DNA of 63,721 bases, filler included, from Octopus bimaculoides (taxonomy: Eukaryota): NCBI RefSeq assembly GCF_001194135.2. It is 7 parts of 6 records of this genome, joined end to end, with 100 filler letters (N's around TTAATTAATTAA, not from the genome) between each part and the next. Parts side by side here need not be neighbours in the genome. Positions count along the whole stretch, not along the records: positions 1 to 14,432 come from NC_068987.1; positions 14,533 to 25,173 come from NC_068993.1; 5 more parts are not named here. The stretch is one strand, 5' to 3'. How positions within the stretch are numbered: the first letter of the stretch is position 1; the number at the start of each line of letters is the position of its first letter. The position numbers were made by a program, and so were the translations under genes. The notes beneath the pieces are model-generated. The model ran no database searches. It worked only from the letters and a program-made list of their open reading frames with translations, and was not told where the DNA came from. Positions 1-14,948 of the stretch are shown here, one piece after another.

Positions 1-682
1 ATATCTATACATATAACTTTGACATGGGCGATTCGTTCTTGTCTTGGGATTCACGGTCAAACGGCTGGGTGGAATTGCGCGAAAAATTTCACAGATGTGT
101 AGAATGATCTGGTGGTGTTGCTGGGCTTTGTATTTTTTCATGGCTCCCATGGTTACAGAGATAATCTACTATAATACTCTTGTGTTTAAGAATGAGAAAG
201 GAAGGGATGACAGATGAATAAGGAAGGAAGGAAGGGGGTGGTGTCATACTTGGTAGTGGGATGATGAAAATTGTACACTGAAAAGGATTAATCAAACAGC
301 GTTTAAACTCTGTGTGAATATATCTGTGTGTATGTAAAAGGGGCTATGTGAATGTGTGTGTTTGTGCGTTCGTGTGTGTGTGTGTGTGTGTATGTGTGTA
401 TGTGTATGTGTGTGTGTGTGTGTGTGTGTATGCGTCAGCATTGGAAGTTGGATGATTCATATTTGTTCGCTTAGTATTTGGGTTTATTTTTTGATTTGGT
501 TGAATCTTAGTTGTTTTTTTTTGTTGTTGTTCGTCAGTTACTTTTAGCGTTTCGACAGAAAAAAAGTCATTCTAAAATTGTTTTCTAACGTAAACGAGCC
601 CAAAGGAATCGAATGCTTACACAGAGCAGGTTTTACAGCTACATCATCCAAACAGACCAGGTGAAACCGGGCTTAGCTGCTA

Positions 683-724
<42 letters not shown>

Positions 725-982
725 GCAGCAGTGTAGAAGTGTATATAAGTAGAAATGAGGTATGTGCATGCATACGAACCTGTGTGTTTAGTGAACACAA
801 TTTTAGGGAGTTTTAGTGTAATCATCTACCATAGCTGCAACCCTCGTATTCACCATAATGTTTATTAATGTTTCTTCAGAGATCGGTTACTCTTTCTATC
901 GACGCAAAACATAGGATCTTATAGGATCTTGTGTGTGTGTGTGTGCGTGTGCGTGCATGTCTGTGAGTGTGTGTGGAGAGAG

Positions 983-1024
<42 letters not shown>

Positions 1025-1199
1025 TGTGAAGAAGAAATGGAGCAGGTAAGAAATATCCAAGCATGTATGTGTCCCATTGCTTGCACTTTCCTTCGGGCTC
1101 TTTCATTCTGACGGAAACGCATAGCCTCGGCTACGGTAGACGACGTAACATGGGTATGACTCTTTAGACCAAGCGAATATCATTGTTCATCAGGAGAGT

Positions 1200-1203
1200 G
1201 GGG

Positions 1204-1234
<31 letters not shown>

Positions 1235-1486
1235 AAAACAAACAGTAAATGAGTATATGCATATATACGTACAGGTATGTGCATACCGACATCCACCTGT
1301 ATGTATAGGTGCATATCTGGGTACAGGACATTGCAAACAAAACGTAGACGAGAAAACACACAACCCACATAAAGAACATTCTTCTTCATCAGCTACCCCC
1401 GTTTTAACACCGGCGTTTCGAAGAGCTGGGCAGGACGCATCGTTAAAACGGCTCTTCCCATGGACCGCAAATTAAATTTGTATACG
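1200..1486 (-). repeat. Dispersed repeat with GTCCTGTACCC core (copies at ~20200-20340 +, ~36380-36560 +, ~48850-48965 +)
   Basis: Shared TTTT(G)TGACGTCCTGTACCCA..TATACATAT..GTAGG core in four places; family unassigned (possibly Penelope-like terminal repeat). Confidence 0.6.
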
Positions 1487-2519
1487 NNNNNNNNNNNNNN
1501 NNNNNNNNNNNNNNNNNNNNNNNNNNNNNNNNNNNNNNNNNNNNNNNNNNNNNNNNNNNNNNNNNNNNNNNNNNNNNNNNNNNNNNNNNNNNNNNNNNNN
1601 NNNNNNNNNNNNNNNNNNNNNNNNNNNNNNNNNNNNNNNNNNNNNNNNNNNNNNNNNNNNNNNNNNNNNNNNNNNNNNNNNNNNNNNNNNNNNNNNNNNN
1701 NNNNNNNNNNNNNNNNNNNNNNNNNNNNNNNNNNNNNNNNNNNNNNNNNNNNNNNNNNNNNNNNNNNNNNNNNNNNNNNNNNNNNNNNNNNNNNNNNNNN
1801 NNNNNNNNNNNNNNNNNNNNNNNNNNNNNNNNNNNNNNNNNNNNNNNNNNNNNNNNNNNNNNNNNNNNNNNNNNNNNNNNNNNNNNNNNNNNNNNNNNNN
1901 NNNNNNNNNNNNNNNNNNNNNNNNNNNNNNNNNNNNNNNNNNNNNNNNNNNNNNNNNNNNNNNNNNNNNNNNNNNNNNNNNNNNNNNNNNNNNNNNNNNN
2001 NNNNNNNNNNNNNNNNNNNNNNNNNNNNNNNNNNNNNNNNNNNNNNNNNNNNNNNNNNNNNNNNNNNNNNNNNNNNNNNNNNNNNNNNNNNNNNNNNNNN
2101 NNNNNNNNNNNNNNNNNNNNNNNNNNNNNNNNNNNNNNNNNNNNNNNNNNNNNNNNNNNNNNNNNNNNNNNNNNNNNNNNNNNNNNNNNNNNNNNNNNNN
2201 NNNNNNNNNNNNNNNNNNNNNNNNNNNNNNNNNNNNNNNNNNNNNNNNNNNNNNNNNNNNNNNNNNNNNNNNNNNNNNNNNNNNNNNNNNNNNNNNNNNN
2301 NNNNNNNNNNNNNNNNNNNNNNNNNNNNNNNNNNNNNNNNNNNNNNNNNNNNNNNNNNNNNNNNNNNNNNNNNNNNNNNNNNNNNNNNNNNNNNNNNNNN
2401 NNNNNNNNNNNNNNNNNNNNNNNNNNNNNNNNNNNNNNNNNNNNNNNNNNNNNNNNNNNNNTATATATATATGTATATTTTTTTATATATATATAGATAT
2501 GCATGTGTGTGTATGTGAG

Positions 2520-2562
<43 letters not shown>

Positions 2563-4098
2563 ATGTGTGTGTGTATGTATGTGTATATAAAGCACGCATA
2601 CATATATACATACGGCCAGAGGGAGGGAATATTTGTTTATCTTTCAAAAGCGTTTCATTTAGTTAATTAAAAAAAAATACCGAAGCAATTAAAACACCAA
2701 AAATAAACAAAAATCAAAAAAGAATTATACATACACTCACGCGCGCACACATACACATGCACACACATATGTACACTTATTTAACGAATGTTTTTGATGA
2801 TATGAAAATATAACATATTCGTCTTCAACTGTTTATGTGTTACTCTGGTCGTCGTCTGTGGTAATTTTGCTTTTTAGGTTTTAGAGTGTATTTTTCCCCT
2901 TTTGATGTTAATTCGAATTTAATATCATCATATTTCTCTCCAACTGAATGGTTTCAATGAAGAGAGGGTTGATGGGGGTTATATATCTATATATATCAAG
3001 ATAATAATAGACCACCAACTCCCATGTACACACACGTACATAGTCTTGTCTTATGTTATATGGACGTGTGCTTGAGTGTGTTCGTGTTCCTCGGAGTGCT
3101 TACATATGTATAATATATATATATATATATNNNNNNNNNNNNNNNNNNNNNNNNNNNNNNNNNNNNNNNNNNNNNNNNNNNNNNNNNNNNNNNNNNNNNN
3201 NNNNNNNNNNNNNNNNNNNNNNNNNNNNNNNNNNNNNNNNNNNNNNNNNNNNNNNNNNNNNNNNNNNNNNNNNNNNNNNNNNNNNNNNNNNNNNNNNNNN
3301 NNNNNNNNNNNNNNNNNNNNNNNNNNNNNNNNNNNNNNNNNNNNNNNNNNNNNNNNNNNNNNNNNNNNNNNNNNNNNNNNNNNNNNNNNNNNNNNNNNNN
3401 NNNNNNNNNNNNNNNNNNNNNNNNNNNNNNNNNNNNNNNNNNNNNNNNNNNNNNNNNNNNNNNNNNNNNNNNNNNNNNNNNNNNNNNNNNNNNNNNNNNN
3501 NNNNNNNNNNNNNNNNNNNNNNNNNNNNNNNNNNNNNNNNNNNNNNNNNNNNNNNNNNNNNNNNNNNNNNNNNNNNNNNNNNNNNNNNNNNNNNNNNNNN
3601 NNNNNNNNNNNNNNNNNNNNNNNNNNNNNNNNNNNNNNNNNNNNNNNNNNNNNNNNNNNNNNNNNNNNNNNNNNNNNNNNNNNNNNNNNNNNNNNNNNNN
3701 NNNNNNNNNNNNNNNNNNNNNNNNNNNNNNNNNNNNNNNNNNNNNNNNNNNNNNNNNNNNNNNNNNNNNNNNNNNNNNNNNNNNNNNNNNNNNNNNNNNN
3801 NNNNNNNNNNNNNNNNNNNNNNNNNNNNNNNNNNNNNNNNNNNNNNNNNNNNNNNNNNNNNNNNNNNNNNNNNNNNNNNNNNNNNNNNNNNNNNNNNNNN
3901 NNNNNNNNNNNNNNNNNNNNNNNNNNNNNNNNNNNNNNNNNNNNNNNNNNNNNNNNNNNNNNNNNNNNNNNNNNNNNNNNNNNNNNNNNNNNNNNNNNNN
4001 NNNNNNNNNNNNNNNNNNNNNNNNNNNNNNNNNNNNNNNNNNNNNNNNNNNNNNNNNNNNNNNNNNNNNNNNNNNNNNNNNNNNNNNNNNNNNNNNNN

Positions 4099-4139
<41 letters not shown>

Positions 4140-4570
4140 TCAGAGTGCACGCGGCGGACGTGTGTGTGTATATATTAGTATATATGCTTATGTGTTTATA
4201 TCGAAATCGATGATACCTGCCGTCGATACAGACGAAATGAACGTGCCGTTCTGTGTCCTCATTTAACCATATGGCTCTTCCATCTAGCAGCTCTGGACAT
4301 GGCAGATCAAGTAAAAGAATAATCATTGTAATATCTCGATGAGAGCGCGGTGAGTTCGTATGTGTTTTATATGTATATATATATAGGTTTGGTAGCACAA
4401 GCAGAATAAATAAAACACATATGGTCTGTATGTACATACACTTAAAAAATCCTCAGTGGTCACAAAGGGTTTCAAAGTGTGAGGTTTTAGCCCATGGCAT
4501 TATCTAGTATGAGCATGTGTGTGTGTGTGTGTTTGTGTGGTAATAAAATCGCTGTTTGCTTTTCCTCCTT

Positions 4571-4710
4571 CTCCTCCTCGTCATCATCATCATCATCATC
4601 ATCGTCGTCGTCATCGTCGTCGTCGTCGTCGTCGTCATCATCATCATCATCTTCATCATCATCATCATCGTCGTCGTCGTCGTCGTCGTCATCATCATCA
4701 TCATCGTCAT
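4571..4710. repeat. Compound (TCA)n/(TCG)n microsatellite
   Basis: Direct inspection. Confidence 0.95.
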
Positions 4711-4997
4711 CAGGGGGTCTAGGTGGGAATCTTTTCATATTCGGTGGAAATGAAATAGTAGCTTTTATTTTTTTTAATCCTCCAGTCTGTGGACTGTGGC
4801 CATACTTGACACTATCTTGAAGGGTTTTAGTTGAATAAATTGACCCCAAGATTGTTTGTTTTGTTATGTATTTATTTATTTATTTATTTATTAAGTCTGA
4901 TACCTATCATAAAAATGTCGTGTGTCGAATCGTTAAGTTACGGAGATTGAAACAAATGACACTGGTTGTCAAGTAGAGAAGAGACACAAACTCAAAT

Positions 4998-5032
<35 letters not shown>

Positions 5033-5329
5033 ATCGGCGTCTTTCTGTTTCTGTCTATTAAATCCATTCACAATTGTTTGGTCGTTTTTGGACTATGATA
5101 GAAGATACTTGTCCAAGATGTTATGTAGTTGAATTGAACCCGAAACCATGTGCTTCCTACCACAGAACCATGCATATAGTTATTACATTTGTACCAATTT
5201 TTTTGCAAAAGACCCTAAAGGTGAAAAGTATACAATGCATAATATCGTATCTTTGTGACTCAGAATCCGAGTTTGCCATGTCTGAGATGTCCTATGGCTA
5301 AATAACAACCAGAGCACTTATCACAATTT

Positions 5330-5637
5330 CCATCGATACCATTCTTCCTTCTCGAACACCACCACAAATCACCAGCACCAAGCACCAACACAAACCACCA
5401 CCACCACCAATAACAACAACAACATGATAACCACAAAATCCACAACCATCTCCACCATCTCAACCATCTCCATCATCAGCATCAACAATAACACAGCCAC
5501 TACCACTATCATCACCAGCAACAACAACAAGACAACCAGGATTAGCGTAATCACCTCCACCTCAACCACACTGCTACCAGCACTTCTATCATCTTTACCA
5601 TTATCATCAATTTTTACTAATATATAGCGCAACCACA

Positions 5638-5693
<56 letters not shown>

Positions 5694-5754
5694 TACTACT
5701 ACTACTACCACTACTACTACTACTACCACTACCACTACTACTACTACTAGTACT

Positions 5755-5837
<83 letters not shown>

Positions 5838-6288
5838 TATTACTACTACTACTACTACTTCTACTACTACCACTACTACTACTACTACTANNNNNNNNNN
5901 NNNNNNNNNNNNNNNNNNNNNNNNNNNNNNNNNNNNNNNNNNNNNNNNNNNNNNNNNNNNNNNNNNNNNNNNNNNNNNNNNNNNNNNNNNNNNNNNNNNN
6001 NNNNNNNNNNNNNNNNNNNNNNNNNNNNNNNNNNNNNNNNNNNNNNNNNNNNNNNNNNNNNNNNNNNNNNNNNNNNNNNNNNNNNNNNNNNNNNNNNNNN
6101 NNNNNNNNNNNNNNNNNNNNNNNNNNNNNNNNNNNNNNNNNNNNNNNNNNNNNNNNNNNNNNNNNNNNNNNNNNNNNNNNNNNNNNNNNNNNNNNNNNNN
6201 NNNNNNNNNNNNNNNNNNNNNNNNNNNNNNNNNNNNNNNNNNNNNNNNNNNNNNNNNNNNNNNNNNNNNNNNNNNNNNNNNNNNNNNN

Positions 6289-6356
<68 letters not shown>

Positions 6357-6357
6357 A
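5330..6357. repeat. Degenerate (ACC/AAC)n grading into (ACT)n microsatellite, spanning a gap
   Basis: Direct inspection. Confidence 0.9.
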
Positions 6358-6913
6358 AGTGAGTGACAACCACGTTAATTTCAACGCTTGCGCCTCCAGT
6401 TCTTCGATGAACGGGAAAACACCAAAATCCTCGGGCGAAGTAGCTGAGTATTCAAAATTTTCATGTATCCTTTTCACATTTCTCTGATAGAATCAGCATC
6501 AGCAGCACCGAGACAGTGTTACTCATATGAGATACATGTATCGTCAATCCGACCGCCTTCTATATAGTTTACTTGCATGGCTAGGATCCGAACCCTAGGT
6601 TACGATAAATACATTTGCTCAAAATATCAAGTAACAGGAAGGAACACGGGAGCTCTTTGTTACGAAGCGAACATGTTAACCACTCAGCCATACATGCAGC
6701 CTCCCCCCCCCCATTACCACGACATAATTACTGTTATCATCACCAATACGGCTAATTATCCCTACTAATTGCGACGCTGTTACCTACCCCAGCACTTTCT
6801 TGGCCGTGACGATACACTCATTTACACGATTAGCAAAACCTCCACCATCCCGAATAACCTCACTTTTGTTATCACCATGTGCATCAGCAGCAGCGGTGTC
6901 AGCAGTAACAGTG

Positions 6914-6967
<54 letters not shown>

Positions 6968-7118
6968 ACAGCAACAACAGCAAAAGCTGCAGCAGGTTTT
7001 CGTTAAAAATGAAGGACATGAAAGAATTAGCTGTTTCAAACGCAAAACAACAACAACAAAAACTTCCATAGAAATAATATCAATGAGAGAAATTCGAATA
7101 ACGATGAAGTTAATATCA

Positions 7119-7181
<63 letters not shown>

Positions 7182-7708
7182 GAAAAATCGAAGATAAAAT
7201 ATGATTACGGCGGCAAGAACAATAGTAACAATCGATAATGAAGTGTTACAAAATTCGGAACAACAATAGCAATCAACAATATGTTCAAATGTAAATATCA
7301 TCATATACAACCAAGTGCAACAAATGAAGCTAGTGTTAATATATTTTGATGCTGGCAGCAGGAATGTAGAGTTAAATGGGAATAATTTTGCAGTGAGGCA
7401 AAATACAATATTAGTTATTAATTATTATCATTTCGATTTATCTTTTTATACCAAAAATAGTGCGTTATATAAAATAAGTCTACATTACCTGATGAAGTCG
7501 TATAAAGACATAAATGTGTTATTTCAGCATGGAATATCTCTATGAGAAACACACACATACACACAAACATATTTACGCTTACATATTCGTTGTGTAAGAT
7601 CGTTGATAATGAATTCGCGTGTTGAAACAGATATTGTTGCATTTGTGGATGGTCTTGTTGCCAGTTTAGCCAATGAAAACACACGCCCTATACATTTCTT
7701 ATATATTT

Positions 7709-7768
<60 letters not shown>

Positions 7769-10700
7769 NNNNNNNNNNNNNNNNNNNNNNNNNNNNNNNN
7801 NNNNNNNNNNNNNNNNNNNNNNNNNNNNNNNNNNNNNNNNNNNNNNNNNNNNNNNNNNNNNNNNNNNNNNNNNNNNNNNNNNNNNNNNNNNNNNNNNNNN
7901 NNNNNNNNNNNNNNNNNNNNNNNNNNNNNNNNNNNNNNNNNNNNNNNNNNNNNNNNNNNNNNNNNNNNNNNNNNNNNNNNNNNNNNNNNNNNNNNNNNNN
8001 NNNNNNNNNNNNNNNNNNNNNNNNNNNNNNNNNNNNNNNNNNNNNNNNNNNNNNNNNNNNNNNNNNNNNNNNNNNNNNNNNNNNNNNNNNNNNNNNNNNN
8101 NNNNNNNNNNNNNNNNNNNNNNNNNNNNNNNNNNNNNNNNNNNNNNNNNNNNNNNNNNNNNNNNNNNNNNNNNNNNNNNNNNNNNNNNNNNNNNNNNNNN
8201 NNNNNNNNNNNNNNNNNNNNNNNNNNNNNNNNNNNNNNNNNNNNNNNNNNNNNNNNNNNNNNNNNNNNNNNNNNNNNNNNNNNNNNNNNNNNNNNNNNNN
8301 NNNNNNNNNNNNNNNNNNNNNNNNNNNNNNNNNNNNNNNNNNNNNNNNNNNNNNNNNNNNNNNNNNNNNNNNNNNNNNNNNNNNNNNNNNNNNNNNNNNN
8401 NNNNNNNNNNNNNNNNNNNNNNNNNNNNNNNNNNNNNNNNNNNNNNNNNNNNNNNNNNNNNNNNNNNNNNNNNNNNNNNNNNNNNNNNNNNNNNNNNNNN
8501 NNNNNNNNNNNNNNNNNNNNNNNNNNNNNNNNNNNNNNNNNNNNNNNNNNNNNNNNNNNNNNNNNNNNNNNNNNNNNNNNNNNNNNNNNNNNNNNNNNNN
8601 NNNNNNNNNNNNNNNNNNNNNNNNNNNNNNNNNNNNNNNNNNNNNNNNNNNNNNNNNNNNNNNNNNNNNNNNNNNNNNNNNNNNNNNNNNNNNNNNNNNN
8701 NNNNNNNNNNNNNNNNNNNNNNNNNNNNNNNNNNNNNNNNNNTTTTAAATCATGTCATATTTAAATTTGGTAAAGTTATTTAAAATTTGTTACAATTTCA
8801 AAATTTTCCAAAGTCTATGAGAAAATCGTTCGCAATCATTTCTTAAAGTCTTGTATTTCAGTATATTAGCGTCATTAGTATATATATATTTTTTGTAGGA
8901 AGAAAGGGCTTAAAAGCTTTGAAGCTTGACAATTTGGTTTATCAGTACAAAAAAAATAGAAAGTAAATTTTTTAAAAATGATGTGATTATTGTGATAGCA
9001 TGGTTGTGGATTTTCATGAGGTCGGACAAATGGAATGAAGTAACAAAAACGACAAAATGGTTCTTCATAATTGTGATGATATTTATATATTCTTTTCGTA
9101 TTGCTCGTGTTGTTGCTAATTTTATTGCACTTCAAATTAATAATCGTCGCATCTCTCTTGCAGTTATTATCATATATTTTGAACGGTAATTGATGGCTTG
9201 AGACGATTGAGTATCACATAGTATAATACGAATATTTTGAACCAATAAGAATACTCTGTCAAAAAACAATAGGTGTTACCGCATGATTCTCGAAGGTGCT
9301 TTTGCAGTCGATGAGAAAGATCAGATTTCGTTGATCTTCAATCTAAGATGTTACAACCGTAACGATCTCGTTTAAATTTTAGAAGTAGTGGTATTCCCAT
9401 CAATGATTTACGTTATAACTATATTCATAAATATTTCAGTAATTCTGCCATGTAAGCAATGATAAGAAGAATACCACGAGTCAAACGTAAATATTATATA
9501 TCGCACATTTTAAGTGATACACACATACACTATGAATTACAGACATATCCTGGAACAAGGAGAAGAATGCTTGCACCAAGATGAAGTTTCCCTTGATAAT
9601 ATCTAAAAATTACAGAAATGTACTTGCATTGCAAGTGTTTTGATCTAAGATCGTATGATGAAACTAAAACGGTTGCAGCGTGAAAAGCATATGTTAGCCA
9701 TTCAGAAACTCACAAAGACTGTCAGCATTTATTGTTTGTAATAAAATTAAATCAACATTTAACGAAAACAAAAATAATAAAACAACAGGTTCTGTTTACT
9801 TATATTCAAGAAAATAGAAGCTAAGTTAGCATGCTGTCTACTGCTATTAAATGATCTGATCTGGGTTAGAGTTAGGTTAAGTGTTTGGTGTTGGCATTCA
9901 CTGTTAGGATTTAGGTTCAGAGTTTAGGATTAGATAAAAGGTTAGGATTAAGGTTAGTGTTAGAGTTAGGGTGACGCTGTACGTTGAAGTGTTAATAGCC
10001 AGGTAGGCCACTGGCTAAAGTGGTACCAGAAAGGTGTGTCCTTATATTATTGTGGTTATTTAACCCTATGTCAGTCCTGATTTGATTAAAGGCGTAATAA
10101 CTGTAATCATTTCAAGAGTATGCATTAGACTACTTTATATAAATAGGTTTCTTTTACATGACTGTAGCGTATGGGTTAAGGGATACTGGACTGCTATGTT
10201 TAGCATGGCGAGCAAACCACACAGAAACTACATCTGTGTTGGGTGAATGCATGTGTGAGTGATTGTTTCTGAAACGAGAGTCTATGCAAGCTTCAGTATA
10301 TGGATTTGAGTGTTTGTGTGAGTGTGTATGTACGAGGACTTGTGTTGAAGTATTTGAGTATGTGATGTGTGTGTCTTGTGTGAGGAAGTGTCTTAGTTCG
10401 TGTATACGACGCATGTTTGCACCAGCTGATAAATTAGTACAATAATAACAGTGTCGTATTACTTTCTTCAATATTAAACATTCTTGTTTGCTTACAGGAA
10501 TTATAAACACAAAATGCCTATTGTTTACGCACCGCTAAATGCGTGTTATGTATATATCTATGTATGTACGTGTATTTATGTTGGTAGATATAGGTATCTA
10601 TGTATATATAATCATTTGTATATAAATATGCACGTAAGCAGCAACGTATATATCCGTATATGCATGTGAGTTTGTATGTATATTGGTATATATGTAAGAT

Positions 10701-11572
10701 TTTATGTATATATGTGGGCGAAAGTAACTAGCGTACTTCTTTCGCTGGGCGTGAGTTGAGAAGTATTTAAGTGTAATTTGTGAATGTACTACGTCTGTGA
10801 GAGAGGATATTTCGTGTGAATGAATGTTGTACGTATACTTGAGAATGTTTCTCTGTGTTGGTGCATGTGTGTGTGACTGTGCCCGCGCGCCCGTGTGTGT
10901 GCGTATTTAGTGGTATATGCATATCTTTTCGCATATAAGCCTCTATGTGTTTATGCAGTGCGGCAATGCGGGTGTTTTGAAGAAACAGCTAAGTTTGAAC
11001 ATCAAACGGACGCGGTACATACCAGTATGAAATACAGTACATCTGAAGTTATGGGCTCTTGTATTGAAGAAACAACAATTCTAAGTGTGTTAAGGTCTAT
11101 TTGTTCAGGAATATACATATGGTGTGATGGTGGTGGTGGTGGTGGNNNNNNNNNNNNNNNNNNNNNNNNNNNNNNNNNNNNNNNNNNNNNNNNNNNNNNN
11201 NNNNNNNNNNNNNNNNNNNNNNNNNNNNNNNNNNNNNNNNNNNNNNNNNNNNNNNNNNNNNNNNNNNNNNNNNNNNNNNNNNNNNNNNNNNNNNNNNNNN
11301 NNNNNNNNNNNNNNNNNNNNNNNNNNNNNNNNNNNNNNNNNNNNNNNNNNNNNNNNNNNNNNNNNNNNNNNNNNNNNNNNNNNNNNNNNNNNNNNNNNNN
11401 NNNNNNNNNNNNNNNNNNNNNNNNNNNNNNNNNNNNNNNNNNNNNNNNNNNNNNNNNNNNNNNNNNNNNNNNNNNNNNNNNNNNNNNNNNNNNNNNNNNN
11501 NNNNNNNNNNNNNNNNNNNNNNNNNNNNNNNNNNNNNNNNNNNNNNNNNNNNNNNNNNNNNNNNNNNNNNNN

Positions 11573-11604
<32 letters not shown>

Positions 11605-14261
11605 CAGGTATGAATGTTGGTATGCATGCATGTATATTTAAATATACTTATGTATGCATTTATGTGTGTGTGTGTTTGTGTGGTGTAAGTGCTTATGTGT
11701 GTGACTCTAGTTTATGTCTGTATCTCAAACATATTCAATGTAGATAGATTTACATATAGTTTTCAACACTCACGCCGTCGTAGAGAACTCGATTATGTAA
11801 GTATATATATTTATTCTTTGCAGACAATGAAAAGCATGTAATGTATCCTGACAGGTTTTATGGCTTGTTGGTTAATCATCAGGGCATAAGTTACCTCCCA
11901 TCATAAGCTACCTCCCTTTTAGAAAGATAAATTACAGGAATCAGCGGTTTTTTTTTTCTATAAAACTAACATTTTTATATCACCTATCTCTTAACGTATT
12001 GACGGAAGTGCAATTCCGTGAAATATTCACGTTTATTTATGTAGCAGATATATGCAGCTTAACTAAAGGTTGTATCATATGCACGGGATATTTTTCATGG
12101 GTAAAAATTAAAAAATAAGAGTGAATAGTTATTTTATGAGTGCTATGTATTAAGTCTATAAAACTCTGCATAAAATATCTAAAGTGTATCTAAAATGTGC
12201 ATTAAATAAGCATCATATTCCAGTTTCTTTTTTAAATGAGTCGCAAATGAGCGACTATCTTTCCATACAGACACGATACTGGCTACGCTTTCAAGTTTTT
12301 TTGATGAAGTTTTCAGAAATTGCCCAATAAGTTTACCATTAATTTCGTGAAATATTCACGGGTCCCGCTAGTTTAAATTTAATTGGCAAAATATGACCAT
12401 CTTCAAATATAACAATATCTGTTTCAACACACGATTTCGCATAAAGAATCTTGCAAAGCAAATATATAAAAGTAAAAAAATATTATCATAACGATTATTT
12501 GCCATGCTAAAATATACACAGCTTTTATTGAAAACACATGGAACAGCCTCCGTATCCTATTCAAATCATCGCTGTCATTTAGTCAGAAGACGTCTGGCCA
12601 ATCGGTTTGAACATATGCGACAGCATACATTGATCTATATTCTGAGATACACATACGTGAAGCAACAAGATATAAACACTGATATTCGTATGGTGTATGT
12701 GACGAAATTAGTTACAGGAAACGGGCTCAATACGACGTTTAAGACCGAGAAGAAATATTATTAACCGCGTAATTCGTAAAAGTGTCGAGGAAGACTTTCG
12801 CTTATACATCGTATGAAATGATAATGTCTGTGTGTCAGTGTGTGGGTGTGATCACGGGCGCATATATATATATGCATGTTTATATTTACATTCGTATAGG
12901 GTATTTGGACTATGCATAAATAGATACATACATAGACACACACACATACACACACACACACACACACAAATATATATATATATGCATGTGCCAATACGGG
13001 TACGGGTACACTTGCTCGCCTGTGCTTGCATGCTACGTAGATCTGTTTGCATATGCTAATTTCATTGACAAAAAATAAGATTATATACGTTGATATATGC
13101 ATAGAGCTATGTGTCATTTCTATATACGTATGCATATNNNNNNNNNNNNNNNNNNNNNNNNNNNNNNNNNNNNNNNNNNNNNNNNNNNNNNNNNNNNNNN
13201 NNNNNNNNNNNNNNNNNNNNNNNNNNNNNNNNNNNNNNNNNNNNNNNNNNNNNNNNNNNNNNNNNNNNNNNNNNNNNNNNNNNNNNNNNNNNNNNNNNNN
13301 NNNNNNNNNNNNNNNNNNNNNNNNNNNNNNNNNNNNNNNNNNNNNNNNNNNNNNNNNNNNNNNNNNNNNNNNNNNNNNNNNNNNNNNNNNNNNNNNNNNN
13401 NNNNNNNNNNNNNNNNNNNNNNNNNNNNNNNNNNNNNNNNNNNNNNNNNNNNNNNNNNNNNNNNNNNNNNNNNNNNNNNNNNNNNNNNNNNNNNNNNNNN
13501 NNNNNNNNNNNNNNNNNNNNNNNNNNNNNNNNNNNNNNNNNNNNNNNNNNNNNNNNNNNNNNNNNNNNNNNNNNNNNNNNNNNNNNNNNNNNNNNNNNNN
13601 NNNNNNNNNNNNNNNNNNNNNNNNNNNNNNNNNNNNNNNNNNNNNNNNNNNNNNNNNNNNNNNNNNNNNNNNNNNNNTATATATATATATATATGCATAT
13701 ATATATCCTTTATTATCTTCTTCATGATGCGAAGATTCTGTCTCTATTTAAACAACTGAGTTTTTTTTTAGACATCATGGCTGTCGTTAACGTTACAGGG
13801 TCTAAGCTGAGGTCACAATACAAAGTATTGCCTTCCAACACTAGTATCTGACGCAGCAAACTCGCCGTCATCATGATATATTACTGTACCTTTCTAATGT
13901 CGTCTACTTCAATATTGTTACTTGCTTTCATTATTGTTTGAATTTTGTTTTTCTTCCATTTTTTTTTCCTGGGTCTGAATTAAATAAGCTTCTTGGCCGG
14001 CTGATTCTGCGTTTCATACTTATACTTACATACTACATACATACTTGCTTACACAAACACACACACGTATGTATGTATATATATATATGTATATATGTTT
14101 GTATGTACGTACGTCTGTATATTATTCCTCTCCTTTTATCATTTTCTATCGCATCTACATAAACCAAATAGAATCGATTTACGCGGAAAATATAAAAGCC
14201 AGTAGGATATTATACTTTCGCCATTTCTATTATATATTTTCTCCAGCAATATTTTTGGTGG

Positions 14262-14327
<66 letters not shown>

Positions 14328-14432
14328 TGTATTTTGTATTTTACTATGCTTCGGAATTCTTTATTTGCATCAAGGCATATATATATTTACTAATACGTAA
14401 ATACGTATACATATGCATGTATGTGTGTGAAT

Positions 14433-14532
14433 NNNNNNNNNNNNNNNNNNNNNNNNNNNNNNNNNNNNNNNNNNNNTTAATTAATTAANNNNNNNNNNNN
14501 NNNNNNNNNNNNNNNNNNNNNNNNNNNNNNNN
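14433..14532. other. Artificial 100-bp scaffold spacer N44-TTAATTAATTAA-N44 (also 25174-25273, 34848-34947, 43147-43246, 52440-52539, 62301-62400)
   Basis: An identical six-frame stop linker centred in Ns occurs six times. Confidence 0.97.
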
Positions 14533-14564
<32 letters not shown>

Positions 14565-14774
14565 TATAAACACACATACACACACATTTATATATATACA
14601 TGAATGTATCTTATGTACTTTCGCAGTGATTCTCTATACTATGGACCTTTCACAGGCACTATCACATAATTTACGCGACCTTTAACCATTTCACAGCTGT
14701 GCTGATGTCATGTTTTTGTCTTACACTGACAGTCGATGCATGCACGTATGTATGTGTGTGTGTGTATAGATACG

Positions 14775-14819
<45 letters not shown>

Positions 14820-14948
14820 ATACAGATAGATGTATATGTGTATGTATATATGTGTGTGTACGGTGGTGCACCAGCATGACCGCAGCCACTTGGCTAAAAC
14901 ACATAAATAAAAATATATGTACACACACGCACACACACATACACAAAC

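Noticed and set aside
9543-9606. Possible terminal exon HILEQGEECLHQDEVSLDNI* and nearby 12-22-nt AG..GT segments (~9163, ~9440, ~11824)
   Set aside because: Weak acceptor, no recognisable domain, and no consistent multi-exon frame could be built.
9860-9972. Telomere-like TTAGGG-related tract
   Set aside because: Highly degenerate, short and internal; more likely part of a dispersed repeat.
14477-14488. TTAATTAATTAA as a biological motif (e.g. piggyBac site)
   Set aside because: Always centred in 44+44 Ns, so it is an assembly linker.
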